Positions 1 through 10,066 of a DNA stretch of 64,000 bases are shown piece by piece. The notes beneath the pieces are model-generated. The model saw only the letters and a list, made by a program, of their open reading frames with translations. It ran no database searches and was not told the DNA's origin. A program made the position numbers and the translations under genes. The first letter of the stretch is position 1. Every line of letters begins with the position of its first letter. Source of the stretch: Promethearchaeota archaeon. Lineage in GTDB: Archaea; Asgardarchaeota; Lokiarchaeia; Sigyniarchaeales; SOKP01. The DNA is taken from assembly GCA_048939995.1 (NCBI GenBank), contig JBHLOY010000009.1, positions 21,456 through 85,455 of the forward strand, read 5' to 3'.

Positions 1-582
1 TCTGAATTAGAAATATCTCAAGAGGTAGTTCACAGTATAAATAGGGGAGTTTTAGTAGATGTGGGCTCTGGTACGGGATTTCTTTCTATAGAAATTGCTA
101 AAAAAGCACCAGAGCTATCTATTTATGGAATTGATCTGAGTAAAAAAATGGTAGAGATTTCTTCAGGTCATGCTAAAAGATTTAATAATGTCCAATTTCA
201 ATGGGCTAATGCAACTCAACTTCCTTTTGAAGAAAATTCTATTGATTTAATTATTAGTACAGGCTCATTTCATCATTGGAAACACCCTTTCAAGGTGTTC
301 AATGAATGTTACCGAATTTTGAAAAATAATCGAGAAGCATGGATATATGATGGGTGTTATAATCCTCCTTCTAGAGAGAGAGCAAAGTTAAAACGAGAGT
401 ATGGCATATTGAAATACTTTATTCTCACTCGCATCCAAAAATTGCATGGATTTGAATGGATTGACTATAAAACTAGGATTAAAAGACTTCTTGAGCAAAC
501 AAACTTTAAAACAAATTTTAGAATGGAATTAAAGAATGGATGGATGAAATTAATTCTTAAAAAGAGGGGGATTTTATCCTAA
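1..582 (+). CDS. Class I SAM-dependent methyltransferase (5' end cut by window edge)
   Basis: Frame 1 is open from base 1 (SELEISQEVVHSINRGVLVDVGSGTGFLS...), so the GTG at 61 in the ORF track is internal. It has SAM-binding motif I 'VLVDVGSGTG' and a downstream 'STGSFHHW' region. It is paralogous to 40683..41426. Confidence 0.8.
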   Translation, partial: SELEISQEVVHSINRGVLVDVGSGTGFLSIEIAKKAPELSIYGIDLSKKMVEISSGHAKRFNNVQFQWANATQLPFEENSIDLIISTGSFHHWKHPFKVFNECYRILKNNREAWIYDGCYNPPSRERAKLKREYGILKYFILTRIQKLHGFEWIDYKTRIKRLLEQTNFKTNFRMELKNGWMKLILKKRGILS

Positions 583-1499
583 CTCCCCATTATTTCTTTA
601 AAACCATCTATATCTTTTAAATTTTGGAGTAAGTTTTCTTCTTCATCTAGGATTAGCACAAGATCTTTATCAATACTAACTGCTCTTTCTAATGCATTCA
701 AAGCTTCCTTGTTATTACCTTTCTTTTGGTAGATAATTGCAATATGAATTAATGTCTCTACATCTTCAGGTTCAAGATCTAAAACGCTTGTATATGCTTT
801 TATAGCTTCCTTAAGATCATCTACCTTTTCGAATGTAAAACCTAAACCAAAAAATGCCACACTTAACTGTGGGTCGATTTGAATGGTTTCTTTAAAACAT
901 TGAATTGCTTTTTCAAAATTATTGTTATTAAGTGAGGTTAAGCCCAAGTTGAACCAAGCTATCTCATTTTGAGGATCTATTTCTATAGCTTTTTCAAATG
1001 AGCTTACTTCTGCCTCAGTATTACCGAGCATTCCGAAAGCTCTACCAAGATTATTCCATACCTCAGAATCATTAGGATTTATTGCTAGTGATTTTTTAAA
1101 GTATCCAATCGCTTCTTTATAATCTTCCGACTTTCCAACTGCTACTCCCAGATTATATAATGTATCTGCATCATTAGGGTCTAGTTCTAACGCCTTTCTG
1201 TAGGCATCAATTTCAGCCTTAACGTCATCCTTTTGCCCATATGCCACTCCTAAATTAACCCAAAGTTCAGCATTACTAGGTTCCAATTCTAAGGCTTTTT
1301 TGTAAGATTTGATTTCCTCATTAGTATTTTCCAACATGCTGTATGCTAATCCTAAATTAACCCATGCTTCTACATTGTTCGGATTAATTTCTAATGCTTT
1401 CTTAAATGCTGCAATTGCTTTCCTTATATCTCCATCTTGTATGTGAGTAAGTCCACGACTAAACCATCCTTCAGCAGAATCAGGATCTAATCTTTTCAT
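579..1499 (-). CDS. Tetratricopeptide (TPR) repeat protein
   Basis: About eight consecutive 34-aa repeats with the TPR signature (AWxNLGxAY...A/EIxxYKKALELDPNN). Confidence 0.9.
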   Translation of the reverse strand: MKRLDPDSAEGWFSRGLTHIQDGDIRKAIAAFKKALEINPNNVEAWVNLGLAYSMLENTNEEIKSYKKALELEPSNAELWVNLGVAYGQKDDVKAEIDAYRKALELDPNDADTLYNLGVAVGKSEDYKEAIGYFKKSLAINPNDSEVWNNLGRAFGMLGNTEAEVSSFEKAIEIDPQNEIAWFNLGLTSLNNNNFEKAIQCFKETIQIDPQLSVAFFGLGFTFEKVDDLKEAIKAYTSVLDLEPEDVETLIHIAIIYQKKGNNKEALNALERAVSIDKDLVLILDEEENLLQNLKDIDGFKEIMGS

Positions 1500-1575
1500 T
1501 CTATCAAGTTTGTTCTTTTAGAGAGTTAAATAATTAATAAGAATTCAAAATAATTAAATCAACCGTAATTTGATT

Positions 1576-2763
1576 TTATTTTTTATTTAGTATTCTGGAA
1601 AAAAACTCTTTTGAAGGAATCGAGAGCGTTGTAGAAGTGAAAATGTCTATAACTTGGCTTTTAAATTCCGGATCTTTTTCTGTCAACGCTAACATTCTAT
1701 TGAGATTCTGCCCCTTATTTTCATAAAAAAAGTTGGCCATCGAATATGTTAATTTAAAATCTCTTGTAACAGTTTTAATTTCGGGATGTGATTTATATTC
1801 CTTTAGAGTGTTTTTGGAATAACTTTCCTGTTCTAATGCGGCAATTGCAGTTTCTGCAGCAATTTTCCCAGATATTATTGAAGTATGAATGCCCTCACCA
1901 CTTATAGGGGAAATAAAGCCTCCAGCGTCTCCTACAATCATTAAATTATCATCATAAAGGCTTTTTTGGAGAACACCTTGAATTGGAAATAGATAACATG
2001 CTGTCCAGATTGTTTTATAATCTGATGCAGATATATACTTTCTTACTTGGGGATCATTTAAAAATCCATCATATATCTCAAGTATATTATACCTCCGATT
2101 ATCTTCGCCAAATGTATAAATTCCTATATTAAAATGATGAGTATCTAGAGGAAAAATCCAGCCATATCCTTTATAAGGCCGGAAGAAGATATAGGCATTA
2201 TGTTCGTCAAGTTGATGGCTTCCCTGTAATATGGAGCATTTAGCTAATGCTATCTCATCAAGTTTCCATTTGGTTCGTAATCCTGATCTTATCGCCAGTT
2301 TAGAGCTCATACCATCAGCTATGATGATTATTTTTCCGAAATATTCTTTGGTTCCTATTGGTGTTTTTGATTTAACCCCAATCTTTTGATTACCTTTGAC
2401 AATTAGATCAAAGGTAATATTTTTATTGAATATTTCTGCTCCAGTTTCAATAGCAATTTTTCTGATGAAATTATCAAAAGTTAATCGATCTATAATCGCT
2501 CCAGGTGGCCCTCCTCCGGAATATTCAAGATAATGATAATCAGCTGAATGCATGACTATGCCTTTGAGTTGCAGCAGACTTAACTTCTTTAATTGAGGAT
2601 AATGCTCAATAACTATGGGATTTAAAGCACCTCCACATGGTTTACGCCAATTTATATCTTTTTCTAATAAAGCAACCTTATAGCCTGCCTTTGCCAATAT
2701 TTGGGCAGATTTTGAACCAGAGGGCCCCGCACCTGAAATAATTACATCATACATTAGATTCAA
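1576..2763 (-). CDS. Geranylgeranyl reductase family FAD-dependent oxidoreductase (archaeal lipid saturation type)
   Basis: N-terminal dinucleotide fold 'YDVIISGAGPSGSKSAQILAKAGYKVALLEKD' followed by 'KPCGGAL', which is typical of the GGR family. The likely true start is the ATG at 2754 (MYDVII). Confidence 0.85.
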   Translation of the reverse strand: MNLMYDVIISGAGPSGSKSAQILAKAGYKVALLEKDINWRKPCGGALNPIVIEHYPQLKKLSLLQLKGIVMHSADYHYLEYSGGGPPGAIIDRLTFDNFIRKIAIETGAEIFNKNITFDLIVKGNQKIGVKSKTPIGTKEYFGKIIIIADGMSSKLAIRSGLRTKWKLDEIALAKCSILQGSHQLDEHNAYIFFRPYKGYGWIFPLDTHHFNIGIYTFGEDNRRYNILEIYDGFLNDPQVRKYISASDYKTIWTACYLFPIQGVLQKSLYDDNLMIVGDAGGFISPISGEGIHTSIISGKIAAETAIAALEQESYSKNTLKEYKSHPEIKTVTRDFKLTYSMANFFYENKGQNLNRMLALTEKDPEFKSQVIDIFTSTTLSIPSKEFFSRILNKK

Positions 2764-2994
2764 CCATGCACTTCTTAGAATTTTTTATAGTTTGAAATCC
2801 AACTTTTACTTATGCATTCTTTAATAATTAATTAAATATCTATTAAGGATTAAAAATAATTAAATCAAGCACATTATAATGTAAAATTTTCGATTTACTT
2901 ATTAACTATTAGGACTGTTTTATTAAACCTAGAAAATTTCTATTTAGTTAGATGCATTTCAATTTAAATAAATGAAAAGATGAGGCTGATTTGA

Positions 2995-3147
2995 GTGAAT
3001 TGTCCAGATTGTGGAAACCAAGTAAGAAATAACGAGCAAAAATATTGTGAATTTTGTGGTAAGGAATTACTCAAGATTGATAGCTCTACTAAGCAAAGAG
3101 TAGATTCGACTTTTAAACCATCGCAATTTAAAAGAAGATGTTGTTAA
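2995..3147 (+). CDS. Small zinc-ribbon protein (50 aa)
   Basis: Below the ORF-track cutoff. GTG start, sequence VNCPDCGNQVRNNEQKYCEFCGKEL... with a CxxC-x11-CxxC zinc ribbon. The same N-terminal ribbon type occurs in 24783..25670. Confidence 0.45.
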   Translation: MNCPDCGNQVRNNEQKYCEFCGKELLKIDSSTKQRVDSTFKPSQFKRRCC

Positions 3148-3246
3148 GAATTAGATTCCTAATCTTAAATTAGATTTATTTATTATTTATAATTTTAAAG
3201 TATAGTCATTTTTTGAATCTTAAAAGTCAGATAAAAGGTATTGTGA

Positions 3247-3744
3247 ATGGATCGTATAATAATTTTTATAGATAATAGCAATATCTTCAAGGGATTTAGG
3301 AAGTATAATATAAAAGCAGATTATGAAAAATTGAAATACATTATTACTAAAAATCGAAAATTAGAAGGTATATTTTTATACGAGGGGGCTATATATCCTA
3401 TGAGTCCGGAAAAAAAGAAGTGGTATGAAGATTTGAATGTTAAAAGCGGATATACAATTAGAGTTAGTTTTGATAAGATCGTGTTAAATGAAACTTTCGA
3501 AAAAAAAGTTGACATTATAATTGCAATTGATATTATATCTCTCGCATATGAGAATGCCTACGACACCGCAATATTAGTATCTGGAGATGGGGATTTCATA
3601 CCTGTGGTTAAAAAAGTAAAAGAATTAGACAAGAAGATCGAATTATGGGCTTTCAAATATTCCTTATCGAACGCGTTAAAAGAGGAGCTCAGACATGAAG
3701 ATATAAATTATCTTGATGATATACTAAATGAAATTAAGATTTAG
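3247..3744 (+). CDS. NYN-domain (LabA/DUF88-like) predicted RNase
   Basis: 'IIIFIDNSNIF' N-terminal acidic strand and 'AILVSGDGDFIPVVKKVKE' motif, characteristic of NYN/LabA PIN-like nucleases. Confidence 0.75.
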   Translation: MDRIIIFIDNSNIFKGFRKYNIKADYEKLKYIITKNRKLEGIFLYEGAIYPMSPEKKKWYEDLNVKSGYTIRVSFDKIVLNETFEKKVDIIIAIDIISLAYENAYDTAILVSGDGDFIPVVKKVKELDKKIELWAFKYSLSNALKEELRHEDINYLDDILNEIKI

Positions 3745-3745
3745 C

Positions 3746-4234
3746 TCAGGAATCTGCTTTTTCTTCTTTACCAGTAATGGTACTTATATCTAATCTTAAC
3801 ATTCCTGAATTATCGTAGGTTTCATCCTTTTTCAAAAATTTATTTTTAATTAATTGAGGATCCTTTTCTAACTGCTTTAATAATATTTCGAAGCCATACT
3901 TTTTTTCCTCCAAATCTTTCACAATTTCCATTGTCCCTCTAAACACAACTGAGCGAAATGCTTGCCCACACCCTTCTTGATAACCGTTATCTTCTATTAC
4001 GATACCACACACTTGTGGATTTGCTTTAATAAAATCGATTTTCTGCCCTTCTTTAGCGCAATGAAAATAGAGAGCTTGTTTTGCTTCATCGTATCCATAA
4101 CTTAATGATACTAAATATGGTTCATTCTCTTTACACATTGAAATTATGGCGAACTTTTCCTTTTTCAGTATTTCAAGGATGGTTTCTCTGTCTGAAAGTT
4201 CCTTTTCGACTCTTCTTAAATGATATTTAGCCAT
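3746..4234 (-). CDS. Pyridoxamine 5'-phosphate oxidase family (FMN-binding split-barrel) protein
   Basis: The length and pattern (ETILEILKK..FAIISMC.ENEPYLVSLSYGYDE..ALYFHCAKEGQKIDFIKANPQV) match the Pyridox_ox_2/NimA-like split-barrel family. Confidence 0.65.
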   Translation of the reverse strand: MAKYHLRRVEKELSDRETILEILKKEKFAIISMCKENEPYLVSLSYGYDEAKQALYFHCAKEGQKIDFIKANPQVCGIVIEDNGYQEGCGQAFRSVVFRGTMEIVKDLEEKKYGFEILLKQLEKDPQLIKNKFLKKDETYDNSGMLRLDISTITGKEEKADS

Positions 4235-4321
4235 CTTAAATATTTTAATGATTAATTAAATAAATAATCAGACGTAAAGATTTATTAAAAGAAAAATGAA
4301 TATAATGTTAAATTTCTACTA

Positions 4322-5092
4322 TTATATCTCGTGACTCTCGCTTTTAAATAACACAGAATTAATCTTGTCTGCCATCCGATTTAAATGATTATATCTTCGC
4401 AGTTCTCTTTCATTTAACATATCAAGATAATTTAAATTCTCCTGTTTTTCAATATAACGTTCTTTAGCAATGTTCCTGATTTGGTCGATCTCATTTAAGA
4501 TATCACGATATGTCATATTTAATTTATTGATTCTTTGGGCAGCTGGTGGCAAGACAAATACTCCAAGAATCTTATTGTAATTAAATTGAATATAAATAAT
4601 TCCAGCCAAAATCAAACCAACCGCAAAAAAAATGCCAATGAGCCCAAAAGAAGGTGAAAATATGTCCCAAATGTTATTATACCCCATCTCGATGAGTTCT
4701 TCTGGTAATATGCCGAAAGCTCGAGTGAATTGTACTATCCAAATGATAGTCGAAATTAAAAGTGCTAAAGCATTAAACAACAAAAAATACCTTATATTTA
4801 AAACCTTAAAATTCTTGATATCTTTCATTAAACGGGATGTCAGAATCGAGAGCGTGAAAAGACTAATTACCAATATGCTTACGGTGAATACTGCGGGAGT
4901 CATAACTTCTGGATTGGTTATCGTGCCACTTGAGGTGCCGTATCCATAAATGATTATAACCACAGCCCCCCAAAGGTATAGAGAAATAGACCCCGCTGGA
5001 TTGATATACCATGCGGCAGGTGTAATTAATGCAATAAATAGTAATATCACCGAGACTAAAAATGGTGCCCATGCATATCTTTTTTTTTCCAT
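4322..5092 (-). CDS. Integral membrane protein with C-terminal coiled-coil tail, unknown function
   Basis: About six hydrophobic helices followed by a charged helical tail (RINKLNMTYRDILNEIDQIRNIAKERYIEKQ...). I recognise no family. Confidence 0.6.
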   Translation of the reverse strand: MEKKRYAWAPFLVSVILLFIALITPAAWYINPAGSISLYLWGAVVIIIYGYGTSSGTITNPEVMTPAVFTVSILVISLFTLSILTSRLMKDIKNFKVLNIRYFLLFNALALLISTIIWIVQFTRAFGILPEELIEMGYNNIWDIFSPSFGLIGIFFAVGLILAGIIYIQFNYNKILGVFVLPPAAQRINKLNMTYRDILNEIDQIRNIAKERYIEKQENLNYLDMLNERELRRYNHLNRMADKINSVLFKSESHEI

Positions 5093-5425
5093 TAGAGATT
5101 CACCCTCTGTTTACATGTGATATAAATTCAACTTTTATTTATATGGATATCCATCCCCTTCTCGGTTCATGATACATTTTCCAAAAATTTTCTAAAAAAT
5201 GAAAGCGGTATATGAAATATACTATTTTATTATACTATTTTAGTTTAATTTGATTTTAATCTGATGCTATTAATCAAAATATTGCCAAAGTAAAATTAAC
5301 AAAAGATGAATTCATGGAGGGAGCAAAAAGATTATTGATGCATCTTAATCTCAATTTAAGTTATTAATGAAAAAAGAATTTATAAACTCCTACAGAGACT
5401 ATGACAGATAAAAAGACTTGGCTAA

Positions 5426-5623
5426 TTATATTGTTCTAATTAAACTTATTTCTTCGATTGGGAGATACATGCGAATATCATGTTCCTCGTCATACAATAC
5501 AATCAAATGCTCAGTAACTGTCTCAATTTTTCCCGTTTGAACACAGTGAGGGTCTGGTAAGGTTTTCACAAATATTCTAATGCGTTTATCTTTTAATTCT
5601 TCAAATAAAGATCGTGGAATCAT
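5426..5623 (-). CDS. Small hypothetical protein, possibly Sm/SH3-like beta-barrel
   Basis: 65-aa ORF. The pattern 'KDKRIRIFVKT...VQTGKIETVTEHLIVLYDEE..RMYLPIEEISLI' resembles small Sm-fold/DUF2642-like proteins. It lacks the canonical Sm1 motif. Confidence 0.4.
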   Translation of the reverse strand: MIPRSLFEELKDKRIRIFVKTLPDPHCVQTGKIETVTEHLIVLYDEEHDIRMYLPIEEISLIRTI

Positions 5624-5745
5624 ATGTATTATTAGTTATTTCATTCTAATTATTATTTATCACTTTTCTATAATCTATAATCAGATCTTAGTTCTTTTAA
5701 AAATTTTAATAAAAAATAATGATTTTAAAAATTAGATATACTCTT

Positions 5746-6747
5746 TTATTCTGGTTGTTCGACTTCTTTTTCCTTCAAAAGCTTAGCCTTAATTTCTTTA
5801 ATTTCCTTTTTGATTTTTTTAATTGTAATTCCCTTAAGTTTGGCAAATCGATATATAAATACAAACCCCGAAATGAGAATCCCAGCTAAATAGAAGATTT
5901 GAATAGTCCAAAATAATGGTTGAATTGATACGTAAAATTCTAGATTTAAAATATAAGATAGAGTTGAGATTGTTGTAATCCAGATCAGAGATATGATTAA
6001 AACGACTCTTTCATAAAATTTTGGTTCGTCCCAATCAAGAACAAATATTTTTAACCAAAAAATTAGACAGATAAAAGTTATAGGGGTAAAAATCAGCGAA
6101 CCTATTGCAATTGGGATTAATAAATAAACAGCAAATCGATCTCTCCAAATATCTAATACCTCGCCTAACGTCATTTGATCTTGAATTTGAACTTTTGCGT
6201 ATTTTCCCCTCCAATTAAAATACTTCTTCTTAATTCCTCGTCCAACTTTTTTTACACCACCTTTAACGCGTTTAATTAATCCAGTCTCTACAACTTCTTG
6301 AAATTCTGCTCTTATTAAAGGAAGGAGATATAAAGTGATCATTAAAGAAATAATTCCATAAAGAAATATTAAAAGATCAATCCAATACTCCACACCAGTT
6401 GGTGGAGTACTAGGTGGTAGATTGGAAAAAATTGTATAAATAGCATAGCCAGCTAAAATTCCGGGAATGATTACTTGAAGGATTACAAGAATTTGGATAT
6501 GTTTTTTAGTAAATTTTTCAGTAAATCGATTCAATATCCATAAAATTCCATTTGCGATAGTAATGATCAAACCAAAGCCAGAAAGAAGTTTCATTGTCCA
6601 GAAGAAAATTAAAAATGTGAAATTAAGCGAGAAAAATCCAAAAAGTAATTCCAGTATCATAAAAACTGTCGTTGCAATTAAACCAATTATATAAAATATG
6701 TCAAATTTTTCAAGATTTAGTTTCATAATTATAATAAATCGCAACAA
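5746..6747 (-). CDS. Polytopic membrane protein, unknown function
   Basis: Eight or more hydrophobic helices, a basic cytoplasmic loop (KRVKGGVKKVGRGIKKKYFNWRGK) and a Lys/Glu-rich C-terminus. Confidence 0.6.
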   Translation of the reverse strand: MLRFIIIMKLNLEKFDIFYIIGLIATTVFMILELLFGFFSLNFTFLIFFWTMKLLSGFGLIITIANGILWILNRFTEKFTKKHIQILVILQVIIPGILAGYAIYTIFSNLPPSTPPTGVEYWIDLLIFLYGIISLMITLYLLPLIRAEFQEVVETGLIKRVKGGVKKVGRGIKKKYFNWRGKYAKVQIQDQMTLGEVLDIWRDRFAVYLLIPIAIGSLIFTPITFICLIFWLKIFVLDWDEPKFYERVVLIISLIWITTISTLSYILNLEFYVSIQPLFWTIQIFYLAGILISGFVFIYRFAKLKGITIKKIKKEIKEIKAKLLKEKEVEQPE

Positions 6748-6906
6748 ATTTTAAGAATTTTTGTTTCCTTTATTTTTTTTGATTAATTTTGAAATTACTT
6801 TTTAATTCGAAAGGGTTTATTTCATTTAGAATAAATGCAATATACATTTAATGAACCCGTATTTCCCTTTTATTTTATAAATAATTACTGATTTGTTGAA
6901 AATAGC

Positions 6907-8847
6907 ATGAAATATAAATGGATTATTGATGGGAGTCCTGGAGATGAAAGATTCTTTTTAGGAAATGAAGCTATAGTTAGAGGAGCTTTAGAAAGTGGTA
7001 TAGATATTTATACGTTTTATCCAGGTACACCTAGCTCAGAAGTAGGAGAAATTTTTACAGAAATTTTTAATGAAGTTGGAATGAAATGGGTAGAGAGTAG
7101 TATTAATGAAAAAGTCGCTATAGAGGTTGCTGGTGCTGCCTATGCTAGAGGAGCAACTGCAATGGTTGGTATGAAAAATGCTGGGTTAAATGTCGCTTCA
7201 GATCCTTTATTTGCTTTAGCTACAACCTATCCAAAAAATAAAAGTTCAGCGATTGTAATTTTTGTAGCGGATGATCCAGAACAACATTCAAGTGCTGTAG
7301 AGATGGACTCAAGATATTATCTTAGTCTATTTAAAATACCCGCATTAGAACCTAGTAACCCGCAAGAATGTTTAGAATTTGTTAAATCAGCATTTGAAAT
7401 GTCAAGAGAATTAAAACTTCCAGTGATTTTAAGAACAGTTACAATGGTATCTCATGCAAGGAGTAATGTGGTTATTGGAAAAATGAGGACTTCAGAAATT
7501 GAAGATGAATTCAATTTATCAAAGGAGGTGAATACAGCTTCAAGACTTTATTTTTTAAAATTGAAAGAAGATCAGATATATAATCGAATGAATCAGGCAT
7601 TGAAACTTTCAGAGAAGAGTTCGTTGAATAGAATTGAACATGAAAACGTGAAGAATGAATTTGGGTTAGGAATTATAACGAGTGGAGTATCTTATAGCTA
7701 TGTAAATGAAGCATTAGATTTCCTTGAACTTCATGTTCCTGTACTCAAAATTGGTATTATAAATCCCCTTCCTGAACGAAAAATTGTCAGATTTCTTGAA
7801 CAATTTAAAGAGGTATTGGTAGTAGAAGAGAATGATGCATTTATAGAGACTCAAATATTAGCTATAGCACATAAAAATAGCCTTAACGTAAAAATTCATG
7901 GAAAAAGTCCCTTTTCTTACTCCAAAGAAGCTTTATTTTCTTTTGTTGGAGAGTTAAATCCCACTAAAGTTGCGCTCGCACTAATTAAATTAACCAATAT
8001 AAAATCAAGTATAGACTTAAATCAATTAAGCAACATGGATTATCAAATTTTACCAAGAATCCCAAGATTATGTGCTGGATGCCCGCATAGGACAACAGGG
8101 TTTGCATTAAGACAAGCGATTAAAAAAATCATATCAAAGACTGGAAAAAAGATCTACTTTTTTCAAGATATAGGATGTTATACACTCTTAGCTTACCCTC
8201 CCATCTCGTTTGCTAACGTTAAATATTGTATGGGCTCAAGTATAGCATTAGCTCAAGGAGTTGCTCGTACAAGTGAAAGTTTGAATATTGCAATAATAGG
8301 AGATGGGACTTTTTTTCATTCTGGAGTACCTGCCTTATTAAATACGATTCATAATAAAACTCCAGTTATGATTTTAATATTGGATAACGGATGGATCGGA
8401 ATGACGGGACAACAGCCTCATCCCGGAAGTGATACTCGTCATTATGAGGGAGGTGATTTTAAGGCGAATATAGATTTAGAAGCTTTTCTAAAAGGAACTA
8501 GTATTCATGTCAATATACTGAAACATTACGAATGTGCTGAAGGAACCTACTTCAATGAATTAAAACAAACAATCTATGAGAATGGGATGGATGTGCTGAA
8601 ACAAAAAAGTCCACATGTTATTGTCGTGAGAGACGAATGTATCCAGAAATACAACTCAAGATATAAGTCAAAAGTTAGGTATATTAAGGAAGAGCTTTGT
8701 AATAATTGTGGTATATGTTATAGTGAATTCTTGTGTCCTGCAATCTATGCCGACAATGGTACTGTTTACATTAGACCAAATGTATGTTTAGGTTGCGGTA
8801 TCTGCGAGCAGATATGTCCAAATAATGCTATTAAAAAAGAGGGTTGA
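6907..8847 (+). CDS. iorA: Indolepyruvate:ferredoxin oxidoreductase subunit alpha
   Basis: N-terminal 'FLGNEAIVRGALESGIDIYTFYPGTPSSEV', a TPP-binding region (GDGTFFHSG) and two C-terminal 4Fe-4S motifs (CNNCGICYSEFLCP / CLGCGICEQICP). Confidence 0.9.
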   Translation: MKYKWIIDGSPGDERFFLGNEAIVRGALESGIDIYTFYPGTPSSEVGEIFTEIFNEVGMKWVESSINEKVAIEVAGAAYARGATAMVGMKNAGLNVASDPLFALATTYPKNKSSAIVIFVADDPEQHSSAVEMDSRYYLSLFKIPALEPSNPQECLEFVKSAFEMSRELKLPVILRTVTMVSHARSNVVIGKMRTSEIEDEFNLSKEVNTASRLYFLKLKEDQIYNRMNQALKLSEKSSLNRIEHENVKNEFGLGIITSGVSYSYVNEALDFLELHVPVLKIGIINPLPERKIVRFLEQFKEVLVVEENDAFIETQILAIAHKNSLNVKIHGKSPFSYSKEALFSFVGELNPTKVALALIKLTNIKSSIDLNQLSNMDYQILPRIPRLCAGCPHRTTGFALRQAIKKIISKTGKKIYFFQDIGCYTLLAYPPISFANVKYCMGSSIALAQGVARTSESLNIAIIGDGTFFHSGVPALLNTIHNKTPVMILILDNGWIGMTGQQPHPGSDTRHYEGGDFKANIDLEAFLKGTSIHVNILKHYECAEGTYFNELKQTIYENGMDVLKQKSPHVIVVRDECIQKYNSRYKSKVRYIKEELCNNCGICYSEFLCPAIYADNGTVYIRPNVCLGCGICEQICPNNAIKKEG

Positions 8848-9413
8848 GTATGTTTTTTGATAGTTATACAATAGTCATGACAGGTATTGGAGGTCAAGGT
8901 TTAATAACCCTATTAGAAATTTTAGGCAGGGCTTTAGTGAATGAAGGGTATAAAGTTGCTACCTCTGAAACCCATGGTCTTAGCCAGAGAGGGGGAAAAG
9001 TCGTGTGTTTTCTTCGTTTCGGTACTAAAATGAGTGCTCCAATACCCATAGTGGGATCAGCAGATATAATTATTGCCTTTGAGAAAAATTGCATTGCTGA
9101 TGTTTTAAAATTTACAAAACCAGACAAAAGTACAATTTTAGTTATTTCCACTTATGAGGAAGGTCTCTCAGATAGAACATTATTTAATTCTATTAAGGAT
9201 TTTTCTAGCCGTATTTATTTTATTCCTATTAATAGCATTTCAAATAAGTTAAATTTTGACCTTAAAAAAACTAATATGCTTTTACTAGGTTATATTTTAA
9301 GGTTTCTACCCTTAAGTGAAAAGAGTATTGAGCAGACTCTAATACAGAGATTTTCGGGAGATAAATTGGCAATAAATGTTGAAATATTAAAAGAAGGAAT
9401 AAAATTGGAATAA
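8844..9413 (+). CDS. iorB: Indolepyruvate:ferredoxin oxidoreductase subunit beta
   Basis: 4-nt overlap with iorA. 'TGIGGQGLITL..LG.A...EGYKV..SETHGLSQRGG' is the pyruvate/ketoisovalerate oxidoreductase gamma-type fold found in IorB. Confidence 0.85.
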   Translation: MSMFFDSYTIVMTGIGGQGLITLLEILGRALVNEGYKVATSETHGLSQRGGKVVCFLRFGTKMSAPIPIVGSADIIIAFEKNCIADVLKFTKPDKSTILVISTYEEGLSDRTLFNSIKDFSSRIYFIPINSISNKLNFDLKKTNMLLLGYILRFLPLSEKSIEQTLIQRFSGDKLAINVEILKEGIKLE

Positions 9414-9520
9414 TTTAAAATTTTTAAAAAAGATTAAATACCCTTATTTTTATTTAATTACTGTTAAGATAGTTTTCGACAAAATTATCTAGTATATTGG
9501 GTTTAAAAAACACAAGTAAG

Positions 9521-10054
9521 ATGTATAACGCCATTTTTAAAGTAGTCATTGTTGGGGATGCTGGATGTGGTAAGACCACACTAGCAAAGAGATACTTAAC
9601 TGGTAAATTTTTGCCGGATTCGCAAATGACAATCGGAGTTGATTTTGAAACTAAGGATATTTATTTAAATGGAATTCACGCAAAGTTGATGGTCTGGGAC
9701 TTTGCTGGTGAAGAAAGATTTCGATACATGCTACCTAAATATATTCATGGGGCAATGGGAGGAATTTTACTGTATGACACCACAAATAACACTTCTTTCT
9801 CTCATGTATATGATTGGTTATCTGTCATAAAAGAAACCAATGAGAACTTTCCAATTTTTTTGGTTGGAAGCAAAATTGATCTCAATTCGCTTCGAAAAAT
9901 AAGTTATAAAGAAGGGAAAAATTATTATAAATCTAGTGGTTTAGATGGATTTATTGAGTGTTCTAGCAAAACTGGAGAAAATGTAGAAAGGGTTTTTGAA
10001 AGTTTAACAAAGATGATGTTAAATATTGCCTGTTTGGAATTGAAAACAAAGTAA
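9521..10054 (+). CDS. Rab/Ras-like small GTPase (copy 1)
   Basis: G1 'GDAGCGKT', switch I 'MTIGVDF', G3 'WDFAGEERF', Rab-like 'YIHGAMGGILLYD', G4 'GSKIDL', G5 'ECSSKTG'. The ATG at 9521 (MYNAIFKVV) parallels copy 2. The ORF track begins at an upstream TTG (9497). Confidence 0.9.
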   Translation: MYNAIFKVVIVGDAGCGKTTLAKRYLTGKFLPDSQMTIGVDFETKDIYLNGIHAKLMVWDFAGEERFRYMLPKYIHGAMGGILLYDTTNNTSFSHVYDWLSVIKETNENFPIFLVGSKIDLNSLRKISYKEGKNYYKSSGLDGFIECSSKTGENVERVFESLTKMMLNIACLELKTK

Positions 10055-10066
10055 ATTATGATAGAA

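Noticed and set aside
5270-5385. A protein-like frame (…DAINQNIAKVKLTKDEFMEGAKRLLMHLNLNLSY*) in the 5093..5425 spacer.
   Set aside because: A stop lies two codons upstream, and there is no start codon apart from an internal ATG that leaves 17 aa. I recognise no motif. It could be a gene remnant, but the evidence is too weak to call.
9473-9501. A near-identical motif, TTT(C/T)GACAAAATTATCTA(G)TATATTG, shared between the region upstream of GTPase copy 1 (9473..9501) and the 12661..12861 spacer (12733..12763).
   Set aside because: The exact core is only 14 nt plus 7 nt. In about 64 kb of roughly 70% AT sequence, many 14-mer coincidences are expected, and a gapped 21-mer is only borderline surprising. 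The distances to the downstream starts also differ (about 43 nt against about 123 nt). It may be a shared TATA/BRE-type promoter element, but that is not demonstrable from this window.
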